Positions 9,326 through 18,610 of a stretch of 64,000 nt of DNA are shown in pieces. The position numbers were made by a program, and so were the translations under genes. How positions within the stretch are numbered: position 1 is the first letter of the stretch; the number at the start of each line of letters is the position of its first letter. Under the pieces are notes generated by a model. The model worked only from the letters and a program-made list of their open reading frames with translations, had not been told where the DNA came from and ran no database searches. This DNA is from an uncultured Ruminococcus sp. (GTDB lineage Bacteria; Bacillota; Clostridia; Oscillospirales; Acutalibacteraceae): contig CAJFNC010000009.1 of the NCBI GenBank assembly GCA_904393835.1, forward strand, positions 8,660 through 72,659, given 5' to 3'.

Positions 9326-11689
9326 TTACTTGAGTTCAACTATTGTTACGCCGTCTTCGCCCTCGCCGAACACACCCAAGCGCTGACTTTTGACAGCTTT
9401 ATTAGTCTTTAGATATTTGTTTATTTCACGGCGCAAAACGCCTGTTCCCTTACCGTGAATAATCGTCATTTTGCTGATACCCGACAATACCGCATTGTCG
9501 ATTGCCTTATCAACAATATTTATCGCGTCATATGCGGTTTCGCCTCTTACATCAACTTCGGTTTCGGCGTGAACATCCATTCTGCTTGGAATATTGCGCT
9601 TATTTGAAAATTTGCTGACATTCGGCTTATCCTGTGATTTTAACAGGCGCAGGTTCTTTATGTCAACTCTCGTTTTAATTATTCCCGCCTGTACAAGAAC
9701 CTGACCGTCTTTATTGGGTGGTGCGAGCACCGTAGCGTTTTTATCGATGTCGTAAATTAAAACGCTGTCGCCGACCTTTAGCGGACGCGGCAACTTGTAT
9801 TCTTCATCGGGTGTGCTTTTTAAAGTAACAGGATCGGCGTGCGCCTCCATTTTGTCGATATTGCGCTTGAGTTTTGAACGCGCTTCGGCGCTCAAATCCT
9901 TTGCCTTGCGCGCCTGTTCAAGCTCTTTTACGAGGGCGTCCGCCTGGGCTCTGGTTTTTGAAATAATACGCTGAGCTTCCTGTCTTGCTTTTTCTATCTG
10001 ACGTTCGGCGTTTTCCTTTGCCTTACGCATTTCGTTTTCTGCTTTCTGCTTTTCGGTATTGGCTTTTGCTGTGAGTCTGTTGGCGTTTTCAAGCTGCTTT
10101 TCAAGGCTCTGACGGCGTTTTTCAAGCGTTTCAACTACGTCCTCAAACTGTCTGTTTTCATTTGAAACAAGCTCCTGCGCACGCTCAACGATTGCCTCCT
10201 CCATACCGAGTCTTTTGGAGATTGCGAAAGCGTTACTCTTGCCGGGTACTCCGATTAAAAGCTTATATGTTGGCTTGAGAGTCGCTACGTCAAATTCACA
10301 GCAGCCGTTTTCAACGCCTTCTGTGCGAAGAGCAAACTCTTTTAATTCCGCATAGTGTGTGGTCGATGCAATTTTTGCTCGGCGCGACCTGAGTTTTTCA
10401 AGAATTGCAATCGCAAGCGCCGCGCCCTCTACAGGGTCGGTGCCTGCACCGAGTTCGTCAATAAGGCAGAGAGAACCTGAATTTGCAAGCTTTATTATCT
10501 GAATGATGTTTGTCATATGTGCCGAAAAAGTGGACAGCGACTGCTCAATACTCTGCTCGTCGCCTATGTCCACAAGCACACGGCGAAATACCGAAAGCTC
10601 GCTGTTGTCGGCGCACGGCACCAACAGTCCGCACATAGCCATCAAGGTAAACAATCCGAGCGTTTTCAGCGTTACAGTTTTACCGCCCGTGTTGGGACCT
10701 GTAATTACAAGTGTGTCAAAGTCCTTGCCGAGAACAATATCAACCGGAACAACTTTGTCTTTGTTAATAAGCGGATGACGTGCCTGTTTTAGATTTACAA
10801 CTCCCCTGTCGTTCATTATAGGCAGAGAGGCTTTCATTGAATACGCGAGATTTGCCTTTGCGAATATCAGATTGAGCAGAGCCAAATTTTTGTAGCTTTT
10901 GATAATTGTATCTGCAAATTCGCCCGCATTGTCTGAAAGTTCAAACAAAATGCGGTCTATTTCCTCTTCTTCCTTTGACCTGAGGATTTTTATATCATTG
11001 TTTGCCTGTACAACCCCCATAGGTTCAACAAACACGGTAGCGCCGCTCGCCGAGGTGTCGTGAACAAGTCCTGGAACGTTATTTCTGCACTCACTTCTTA
11101 CCGGCACAACATACCTGCCGTCACGCTGTGTGACAATCGCGTCCTGCAAAAACTTTATGTATGTTGAGCTGTGGATAATTTTGTCAAGAATCTCACGTGC
11201 CTTTGACGAGGCGGTACGGATTTTTCGGCGTATATCCGACAAAACAGGGCTTGCATTATCGGAAATTTCGTCCTCGCTGATAATCGCCGAGTTGATTTTG
11301 TCCTCTAAAAATTTGTTCGATATAAGCCCTCCGAAAAAACCGTCAAGCGTGGTTTTTTCCGACGTGCATCTTGATTTCCATTCTTTTACAGTGCGAATCA
11401 CATGTAAAGTACGGGCAATTTTCAGCAACTCGCCTGTTGTAAGGCTTCCGCCTGCCTGTGCTCTGCGCAGCTGTCCCGCGCAGTCCGCCGCTCCGCCGAA
11501 AGACGGAGTTCCGTATTTTCCGCTCAGCATAACGGCGTCGTCTGTTTGTCTGAGCAGTGTCTGAACCTTATTTAAGTCAAACTGCGGTTCAAGTTCAAGA
11601 GCCATTCTGTGCGCTTCGTCAATAGAAGTCTGACCCGCAAGCATCTCTAAAATTTTATCAAGTTCAAGTGTTTTATAGTGTCTGTTCAT
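9326..11689 (-). CDS. mutS2: Endonuclease MutS2
   Basis: ITGPNTGGKT, DIGDEQSIEQSLSTFS, DELGAGTDP, C-terminal Smr domain (IIHGKGTG). Confidence 0.97.
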   Translation of the reverse strand: MNRHYKTLELDKILEMLAGQTSIDEAHRMALELEPQFDLNKVQTLLRQTDDAVMLSGKYGTPSFGGAADCAGQLRRAQAGGSLTTGELLKIARTLHVIRTVKEWKSRCTSEKTTLDGFFGGLISNKFLEDKINSAIISEDEISDNASPVLSDIRRKIRTASSKAREILDKIIHSSTYIKFLQDAIVTQRDGRYVVPVRSECRNNVPGLVHDTSASGATVFVEPMGVVQANNDIKILRSKEEEEIDRILFELSDNAGEFADTIIKSYKNLALLNLIFAKANLAYSMKASLPIMNDRGVVNLKQARHPLINKDKVVPVDIVLGKDFDTLVITGPNTGGKTVTLKTLGLFTLMAMCGLLVPCADNSELSVFRRVLVDIGDEQSIEQSLSTFSAHMTNIIQIIKLANSGSLCLIDELGAGTDPVEGAALAIAILEKLRSRRAKIASTTHYAELKEFALRTEGVENGCCEFDVATLKPTYKLLIGVPGKSNAFAISKRLGMEEAIVERAQELVSNENRQFEDVVETLEKRRQSLEKQLENANRLTAKANTEKQKAENEMRKAKENAERQIEKARQEAQRIISKTRAQADALVKELEQARKAKDLSAEARSKLKRNIDKMEAHADPVTLKSTPDEEYKLPRPLKVGDSVLIYDIDKNATVLAPPNKDGQVLVQAGIIKTRVDIKNLRLLKSQDKPNVSKFSNKRNIPSRMDVHAETEVDVRGETAYDAINIVDKAIDNAVLSGISKMTIIHGKGTGVLRREINKYLKTNKAVKSQRLGVFGEGEDGVTIVELK

Positions 11690-11700
11690 ACTGACCCCTG

Positions 11701-12444
11701 TTATATCATCATTTTATAAAAATTAAGTGTTTTAAAATCCTTTTCAAACCTGTATTTCAAGTAGCTTTCGCTTGCCTGATTCACCATTTCAAGCTCCCTG
11801 TCGGGCAGAGCAAACGAAAACAGTTTTTTATTCTCGGCATATATCGTGTGCCTGAGCGCAGTCATTGCGGAGCTGTTAAGCATTACCGCATATTCTCCGC
11901 CCTTTTTGTAACAGTTGCCGCATTCTACTATGCCGCTCTGCGGCAAAAAGTACATAACCTCACATAAATATTCACCGCACTCGCTGCACATTCTAAGATC
12001 GGGCATATATCCCGCCATACTTGCAAGGCGCATTTCAAAGCACGGTTTGACAAGATTTTCGCTGCGTTTATTTTCATTGAGCAAATACAGGGAATTGAGT
12101 GCCAAACTCAAAAAGGCATCGCTCTTTTGTTCTCTTGGACAAATGGTAAGAATAAGCTCGCAAAAATACTGTGCAAGGCACATTTTTTTCACATCGCTTC
12201 TCAATTTTGAAAAAATACGTATTGTCCGCGCTTCACCGATTATGTAGCTTTCCCGACCCTTGTAAACAGTGAGTCGGGAATATGAAAGCAGAGATGTTGA
12301 GGCGCACTTTTGATTTTTTATGTTTTTTGCTCCTCGAACAAACGCTTTAATTACGCCGTTTGACTTGGTCAGCGCATAAACAAGCTTGTCCTGTTCACCG
12401 ATATTCTGCTCCTTTATAATCAGACCCTCTGTATGGAATTTCAT
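11701..12444 (-). CDS. recO: DNA repair protein RecO
   Basis: GEQDKLV N-terminus, CSECG...ECGNC zinc finger; era-yqzL-recO synteny. Confidence 0.95.
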   Translation of the reverse strand: MKFHTEGLIIKEQNIGEQDKLVYALTKSNGVIKAFVRGAKNIKNQKCASTSLLSYSRLTVYKGRESYIIGEARTIRIFSKLRSDVKKMCLAQYFCELILTICPREQKSDAFLSLALNSLYLLNENKRSENLVKPCFEMRLASMAGYMPDLRMCSECGEYLCEVMYFLPQSGIVECGNCYKKGGEYAVMLNSSAMTALRHTIYAENKKLFSFALPDRELEMVNQASESYLKYRFEKDFKTLNFYKMMI

Positions 12445-12568
12445 CGGTTTCCTCCCTGTTTATTGTATCTGCGCCCGTGTCTTTTGCGTCCTGAATACTC
12501 TTGTAGCGTATATAGTCAAGCACGCTGCCGGTTGTAAAAAACACATTCCAGGCATACCATTCGTCCAT
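12395..12568 (-). CDS. YqzL-family small protein
   Basis: WNVFFTTGSVLDYIRYK resembles YqzL; sits between era and recO; GAGGTG RBS. Confidence 0.7.
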   Translation of the reverse strand: MDEWYAWNVFFTTGSVLDYIRYKSIQDAKDTGADTINREETDEIPYRGSDYKGAEYR

Positions 12569-12636
12569 TAAAAACACCTCCGATATTAGTGTTTTTAACA
12601 AAGGCGAAAATATAATCAGTAAAATATGGATTTTTA

Positions 12637-13545
12637 TTAATCAAAATTCTTTTCGTTGTAACCGAAGTTCTGCAAAAGCTGGGCGCGGTTTCGCCAATCC
12701 TCTTTTACCTTTACCCACGTCTGCAAAAATACTTTGCAGTCAAAAAATCTCTCTATATCCTGTCGGGCATATGTACTGATTTTTTTGAGCATAGATCCGT
12801 TTTTGCCGATTAAAATACGCTTATGTGTGTCACGCTCGCAAAAAATCGTGGCGTCAATGTCAAGAATTCCGTTTTCTCTTGTTTTCATTTTTTCAATTAC
12901 TACTGCCGTTCCGTGAGGGATTTCCTTGTCACAGAGGCGAAGTATTTTTTCACGGATAATTTCCGCTGCAATTACTCTTTCAGGCTGGTCGGTGAGTGTG
13001 TCGTCGTCAAAGTAGTGGCCGCCCTCACTCGACTGTTTTTTCAGCTCGTCTAAAAGCTCGTCTATTCCGCTTCCGTCCTGTGCGCTTACGGGAACGACTG
13101 CATCAAAATTGTAAAGGTTGCTGTATGCAAGGATTTGCTTCATCAAAACTTCCTTGTCGGGCAACATATCAATTTTATTTATCGCCAAAATCGCAGGCAT
13201 ATCAAGCGTTTTAAATTTTTCAATTAAATCGAGTTCGGTTTTACCCGGTTCCTTGCCTGCCTCGACAACAAGCATACAGCAGTCAACGCCGCCTACCGAC
13301 TCATTTACAGAACGCACCATATACTTACCGAGTGAATTTTTCGGCTTGTGCATACCCGGCGTATCGAAAAACACAAGCTGATACTCACCGTCGGTGAGAA
13401 CGCCCGTAATTCTGTTGCGCGTCGTCTGCGGCTTACTTGATACAATTGCTATTTTTTGACCCAACAAGCGGTTTAAAATTGAGCTTTTGCCCACATTGGG
13501 TCTGCCTACAATGGCAATAAACGCTGATTTATCACTTTTGTTCAT
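12637..13545 (-). CDS. era: GTPase Era
   Basis: GRPNVGKS, PQTTRNRI, DTPG, NKID, KH domain. Confidence 0.98.
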   Translation of the reverse strand: MNKSDKSAFIAIVGRPNVGKSSILNRLLGQKIAIVSSKPQTTRNRITGVLTDGEYQLVFFDTPGMHKPKNSLGKYMVRSVNESVGGVDCCMLVVEAGKEPGKTELDLIEKFKTLDMPAILAINKIDMLPDKEVLMKQILAYSNLYNFDAVVPVSAQDGSGIDELLDELKKQSSEGGHYFDDDTLTDQPERVIAAEIIREKILRLCDKEIPHGTAVVIEKMKTRENGILDIDATIFCERDTHKRILIGKNGSMLKKISTYARQDIERFFDCKVFLQTWVKVKEDWRNRAQLLQNFGYNEKNFD

Positions 13546-13596
13546 ATTTACCTCTTACACAAAATTTGGGGCATACTCAAAAGAGCGCCCCTTATT

Positions 13597-14091
13597 TTAT
13601 AACTTTTTTCTTTTAAAAATACGCAAAATACACGCCTTGATTCCGACAGGTCCTTTCCATACAAAAATCACAAAAAAAACAAGCGACAGAACAAAAAGTA
13701 AAAGCAAAATCGGATTGCAGATAAAAAATACAATTATCCTTTTTATAACCTTAATTTTCAAATAAAAAATTATTCCGACTGCAAACGCTGCAAGCGCTAT
13801 TACAAGCACCACGCCTGCGGCTGCGTTTTTTATGGCTTTTATTCTGCGGTCATATCTGTCGGCAACAAAATCACAAAGCTGTTCAATGCTTGTGTTCAGA
13901 ATTTCGGCAGCCAAAACCATTGCAATTAAAACTAAAAGCAAGGCATACTGATCTGCCGTAAAACCGTAAAACGGTGCAAATACAAGAACATAAAAAGCTG
14001 AGGCAATGTGAAAACGCATATGCGGCTCACTCTTTATTGTACTCAAAACACCTTTTATTGCATTTTTAAAGCTTGTAATTTGTTTTTTCAT
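13597..14091 (-). CDS. dgkA: Diacylglycerol/undecaprenol kinase family protein
   Basis: EPHMRFH, EILNTSIEQLCD, KNAAAG; ybeY-dgkA-era synteny. Confidence 0.85.
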   Translation of the reverse strand: MKKQITSFKNAIKGVLSTIKSEPHMRFHIASAFYVLVFAPFYGFTADQYALLLVLIAMVLAAEILNTSIEQLCDFVADRYDRRIKAIKNAAAGVVLVIALAAFAVGIIFYLKIKVIKRIIVFFICNPILLLLFVLSLVFFVIFVWKGPVGIKACILRIFKRKKL

Positions 14092-14106
14092 ACTTAACTT
14101 TGAATA

Positions 14107-14619
14107 TTATACCATATCGTCGTCAACTATGTAACTCGGTGAAGCAGGAAGTCCCAACTGTTCCATAATTAACTCTTCTTTTTCTCTCATTCTTACTTTT
14201 TCAAGTTTTTCCATATGGTCATAGCCCAAAAGGTGAAGAACACTGTGGGCGGTAAGGTATCCCACTTCTCTTTGCAGACTGTGTCCGTAAAGTTCAGCCT
14301 GATCTCTTGCCTTTTCCATGGATATTACAACATCACCCAGAATTTTTGCTCCTGTTTCCATATCCGTGTCATACTTGCCGTTTTCACCCATCGGAAAAGA
14401 AAGTACATCTGTTTCAATATCCTTGTTGCGATACTGTTTATTGAGTTCTTTTATACCTTTATTGTCTGTAAACGTCACGCTGATTTCGGCAGGTCCTTCA
14501 AATTTTTCAAGCTGAAGGACTGCGTTGCAACAACGACGAATTAACATTCTGATACCGGTAGGAATTTTGACCGCCTTTTGTTTGTTCGTAATTATTACCT
14601 TGATTTTGTTATCTGCCAT
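14107..14619 (-). CDS. ybeY: rRNA maturation RNase YbeY
   Basis: TDVLSFP, LGDVVIS, HSVLHLLGYDH; start moved to MADNK. Confidence 0.96.
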   Translation of the reverse strand: MADNKIKVIITNKQKAVKIPTGIRMLIRRCCNAVLQLEKFEGPAEISVTFTDNKGIKELNKQYRNKDIETDVLSFPMGENGKYDTDMETGAKILGDVVISMEKARDQAELYGHSLQREVGYLTAHSVLHLLGYDHMEKLEKVRMREKEELIMEQLGLPASPSYIVDDDMV

Positions 14620-14676
14620 AAAAAACATCCCTTTCATCAAATTTCTTATTCTATAACCCTAAATAGTTAAACCAAC

Positions 14677-15642
14677 TCAAGAGCGGTCTCTTGAATTTTC
14701 ATATTTAGCATATGCCTTTATAATATCCTGAACAAGACGGTGTCTCACTACGTCCTTTTCGTCAAAGGTACAGTCGGCAATACCATCGATATTTCTCAGA
14801 ATTTTTATACATTCTTTTAAGCCGCTTTTTACTCCTCTGGGCAAGTCAATCTGCGTAATGTCGCCTGTAATAACCATTTTTGAATTAAAGCCCAGTCGTG
14901 TGAGAAACATTTTCATCTGTTCACCCGTAGTGTTTTGAGCTTCGTCCAGAATAATAAAGCTGTCATCAAGCGTCCTGCCTCGCATATATGCAAGCGGCGC
15001 GACCTCAATATTGCCTCTTTCAAGGTATTTTTGATATGTTTCGGCGCCGAGCATATCAAACAAAGCATCATACAGCGGTCTCAGATACGGGTCAACCTTG
15101 CTTTGCAAATCACCGGGCAAAAAGCCGAGCTTCTCGCCTGCTTCAACCGCAGGTCTTGTCAGGATAATCCTGTTAATCTGCTTGCTTCTAAACGCCGTAA
15201 CCGCCATTGCCACCGCCAGGTAAGTTTTACCGGTTCCCGCTGGACCCACGCCGATAGTAACGGTGTTTTTGGCTATGAGATTGCAATAGCGTTTTTGACC
15301 GATTGTTTTCGGCTTTATCGGCTTGCCTTTTGCCGTAATACAGATACAGTCGCCCGCAAGCTGTTCAATTTTATCTTCACTTCCCTCGTTAACAAGAGAA
15401 ATGCAGTATCTTATATTTTGTTCAGACAAAGCCTCGCCTCTGTTAATAAACTGCAAGAGGCTCTGTATAACCTTGCACGCCTTAGAAACGTTCTCGGCTT
15501 CACCGTCAACCTTGAGTTCGCTGTCACGGCACGTTATTTGAACGTTGAATTCTTTTTCTATCAGTTTGATATTTTCGTCAAAGCTGCCAAAAAGCGCGAC
15601 GGCGGTTTCCATTCTGTCAATACTGATTATCTGTTCCGTAAT
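14677..15642 (-). CDS. phoH: PhoH-family ATPase (probable ATT start at 15642; first ATG at 15612)
   Basis: GPAGTGKT, LTRPAVEAGEKLGFLPGDL, DEAQN; the start position is an inference (see findings). Confidence 0.95.
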   Translation of the reverse strand: MTEQIISIDRMETAVALFGSFDENIKLIEKEFNVQITCRDSELKVDGEAENVSKACKVIQSLLQFINRGEALSEQNIRYCISLVNEGSEDKIEQLAGDCICITAKGKPIKPKTIGQKRYCNLIAKNTVTIGVGPAGTGKTYLAVAMAVTAFRSKQINRIILTRPAVEAGEKLGFLPGDLQSKVDPYLRPLYDALFDMLGAETYQKYLERGNIEVAPLAYMRGRTLDDSFIILDEAQNTTGEQMKMFLTRLGFNSKMVITGDITQIDLPRGVKSGLKECIKILRNIDGIADCTFDEKDVVRHRLVQDIIKAYAKYENSRDRS

Positions 15643-16086
15643 ACAAAACTCCCGTTTGGATATTTTTTGGGGAATTACTTATATAATGTCAGAACATTAA
15701 GCAATCCCGTTTCTTAAAAGATTCAAACAAATTTACAATATGCTCGCCGACAACCGGCCAACAATTTGCTTTATTTTTAATTATTATAACACATTTTCAC
15801 AAAAAAGTTAAAGTGATTTTTAGTTTTTTTACTAAAATTTCAAAATTTGTACATTTTAACGAAAAGCGACTTTTAAATTCCTATACAGTTGGTAGAATAT
15901 GTTAGGATAAATACAATTGAAATATCCTAATTTTTGTGAATTTATAAAAATTCATTAATATTACTGCAATATTTTCAAATTATCCATCGCATTATTGAAT
16001 CAATAGTGCAAAATAGCATAACTTCATTTGAAGTATAATATATCATAAATATTAAACGAAAAAATTGCAAAAAATCCGAAAAATCC

Positions 16087-16115
16087 TTGACAAATGTTTT
16101 GGTTTATATTATAAT
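16087..16115 (+). promoter_or_regulatory. Perfect-consensus SigA promoter for ylxM-ffh
   Basis: TTGACA, 17-bp spacer, TATAAT. Confidence 0.9.
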
Positions 16116-16176
16116 CACTTACGGTGTAAAGATTTTTACTTTACAGTGCTTTGCAGATACGCAAAGGAGTCTGTCT

Positions 16177-16533
16177 ATGGAAAAGGAAAAAAACATTGAG
16201 GTTTCGCTTTTGCTCGACTTTTACGGTCAGCTTTTAAAGCCGTCGGGCAAAGAGGCTCTTGAGTTGTACTACAATGAGGACTTGTCGCTGTCGGAAATTT
16301 CCGAGCAGCTCGGAATTACCCGTCAGGGTGTTTACGATAATGTAAAGCGCAGCGAACAGCGGCTTTTTGAGCTTGAAGAAAAACTCGGCCTTTTTAAGAG
16401 ATTCAGAGAGCTTGAACAAGGCCTTGACGAGATTGCCGACGAGGCAAAAAAAATTTACGAAAATTCGGACAATACACAAATTATCACGCTTGCCAAAGCC
16501 ATTGAGCGCAAGGCAAGCATACTTAAAGAATAA
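16177..16533 (+). CDS. ylxM: YlxM/p13 SRP-associated HTH protein
   Basis: LLLDFYGQLL, YYNEDLSLSEI, ITRQGVYDNVKR; directly upstream of ffh; AAGGAG RBS. Confidence 0.93.
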   Translation: MEKEKNIEVSLLLDFYGQLLKPSGKEALELYYNEDLSLSEISEQLGITRQGVYDNVKRSEQRLFELEEKLGLFKRFRELEQGLDEIADEAKKIYENSDNTQIITLAKAIERKASILKE

Positions 16534-16550
16534 TAATAAAGGAGATTGCC

Positions 16551-17936
16551 ATGGCATTTGAAGGACTTGCAGATAAGCTCAGCAATGCGTTCAAAAAGTT
16601 AAAAAATAAAGGTAAGCTCTCCGAAAGCGACGTTAAGGAAGCTATGCGTGAAGTCAGGCTTGCTTTGCTTGAGGCTGACGTAAACTACAAGGTTGCCAAG
16701 GATTTTACAAACAAAGTTACCGAGCGCGCAGTAGGTCAGGACGTAATGGAAAGTCTGACCCCCGCTCAGATGGTAATTAAAATTGTTGATGAAGAGCTGA
16801 CTAATCTAATGGGCGGCGAAGGTGCAAGAATTGAATTTGCTTCTCATCCACCTACAGTAATTATGATGTGCGGTTTGCAGGGCTCGGGTAAAACAACGCA
16901 CTCGGCAAAGCTTGCAAAAATGCTTAAAGAGCAAAACAGACGTCCTCTTTTGGTTGCATGCGATATTTACAGGCCCGCCGCTATTGACCAGTTAAAGGTT
17001 GTGGGTGAAAAAGCCGGTGTTCCTGTTTTTGAAATGGGCACCGAAAAACCGGTTAAAATCGCAAAAGAGGCTGTTAAACACGCTAAAGACTACGGCAACG
17101 ACGTAGTTATACTTGACACGGCGGGACGTTTGCATATTGACGAAGCTCTGATGAACGAGCTGAAAGATATAAAGGACGCTTTAAACCCCAACGAAATTTT
17201 GCTTGTTATTGACTCGATGACAGGTCAGGACGCCGTAAATGTCGCAAAGCGATTTAACGAGCTGCTTGAAATCACGGGTGTTATCCTGACAAAACTCGAC
17301 GGTGACACACGGGGCGGTGCGGCGTTGTCGGTTAAGGCTGTAACGGGCAAGCCTATTAAGTTTGCCGGTATGGGCGAAAAGCTTGAGGATCTTGAGGTTT
17401 TCCACCCCGACAGAATGGCAAGTCGTATTTTAGGCATGGGCGATGTTCTTACTCTTATTGAGGACGCTCAAAACAAAATGGATCAGAAAAAAGCCGAGCA
17501 GATGGCTCAGAAGATGATGAGCAACAAGTTCGACTTTAACGATCTCAACGAACAATTTGAGCAGATTAAAAAAATGGGTCCGCTCAAGGGAATTATTTCA
17601 AAAATTCCGGGAATGGGCAAACAGCTTGAAAACGTTGATATTGACGACAGACAGATTGATTGGGTACAGGCGATTATTCTTTCGATGACTCCTGAAGAAA
17701 GAAGCGACCCGTCCCTTTTGAATCCGTCCAGAAAGCGCCGAATAGCTGCCGGTTCCGGTCGTTCGGTCGAAGAGGTCAACAGACTTATAAAACAGCTTGA
17801 GCAAATGCAGAAAATGTTTAAGCAGATAAAATCAAAAGGCAAGAGCACCAAAAAGAAAAAGAGAAAAATGCTCCCCGGCCTTGGCGGTATGCCCATGGGT
17901 GGTATGCCCAACGGCGGAATGCCTCCGTTTAAATAA
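16551..17936 (+). CDS. ffh: Signal recognition particle protein Ffh
   Basis: GLQGSGKTT, DTAGRLH, TKLDGDTRGG, M domain. Confidence 0.98.
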   Translation: MAFEGLADKLSNAFKKLKNKGKLSESDVKEAMREVRLALLEADVNYKVAKDFTNKVTERAVGQDVMESLTPAQMVIKIVDEELTNLMGGEGARIEFASHPPTVIMMCGLQGSGKTTHSAKLAKMLKEQNRRPLLVACDIYRPAAIDQLKVVGEKAGVPVFEMGTEKPVKIAKEAVKHAKDYGNDVVILDTAGRLHIDEALMNELKDIKDALNPNEILLVIDSMTGQDAVNVAKRFNELLEITGVILTKLDGDTRGGAALSVKAVTGKPIKFAGMGEKLEDLEVFHPDRMASRILGMGDVLTLIEDAQNKMDQKKAEQMAQKMMSNKFDFNDLNEQFEQIKKMGPLKGIISKIPGMGKQLENVDIDDRQIDWVQAIILSMTPEERSDPSLLNPSRKRRIAAGSGRSVEEVNRLIKQLEQMQKMFKQIKSKGKSTKKKKRKMLPGLGGMPMGGMPNGGMPPFK

Positions 17937-18000
17937 GTAATTCATCCAATAAAATTGGTGAATAAATATACTATATTATTATTTCTTAGAGGTGAAAAAA

Positions 18001-18246
18001 ATGGCAGTTAAAATCAGACTTAGAAGAATGGGTTCAAAAAAAGCTCCTTTTTACAGAGTAGTAGTTGCTGATTCAAGATACCCCAGAAACGGTCGTTTCA
18101 TCGAGGAAATCGGCACGTATGATATTCTCAAAAAGCCCTCTGAATTCAAGGTAGACGCAGAGGCTGTAAAGAAGTGGCTTGCTAACGGCGCTCAGCCGAC
18201 TGACACAGTCAAGGCTCTTCTCAAGAAAAACGGCGTAATTGAATAA
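18001..18246 (+). CDS. rpsP: 30S ribosomal protein S16
   Basis: [26 protein letters not shown]. Confidence 0.98.
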   Translation: MAVKIRLRRMGSKKAPFYRVVVADSRYPRNGRFIEEIGTYDILKKPSEFKVDAEAVKKWLANGAQPTDTVKALLKKNGVIE

Positions 18247-18275
18247 TTACACTATATTTGGAAAGGACTTTTAAT

Positions 18276-18509
18276 ATGCAGGAATTACTTGCTATTATAG
18301 CAAAGGGTCTCGTTGATGATCCCGATTCTGTTAAAGTCGAGGCCGACGCTCCCGCTGAGGACGGTACAATCGTATATCACATCCATGTTGCGGAAGATGA
18401 TATGGGCAGAATTATCGGTAAGCAGGGCAGAATTGCCAAAGCTATCCGCACAATTGCCCGCAGCGCTGCAATTCGCAGTGAACAAAAAGTTATGGTAGAA
18501 ATCGACTGA
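18276..18509 (+). CDS. khpA: KH-domain RNA-binding protein KhpA
   Basis: DMGRIIGKQGRIAKAIRT; follows rpsP. Confidence 0.93.
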   Translation: MQELLAIIAKGLVDDPDSVKVEADAPAEDGTIVYHIHVAEDDMGRIIGKQGRIAKAIRTIARSAAIRSEQKVMVEID

Positions 18510-18522
18510 TGCACTTTTTCGC

Positions 18523-18550
18523 AAAAGCCTCCGTTTGGGGGCTTTTTTCT
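18523..18550 (+). terminator. Terminator after khpA
   Basis: AAAAGCCTCC-GTTT-GGGGGCTTTT followed by T tract. Confidence 0.8.
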
Positions 18551-18610
18551 TTTGCTTAATTTGTAATTATGAGCTTTTTGTGTTAAAATTCTTATGGGTA
18601 GGCGATATAA

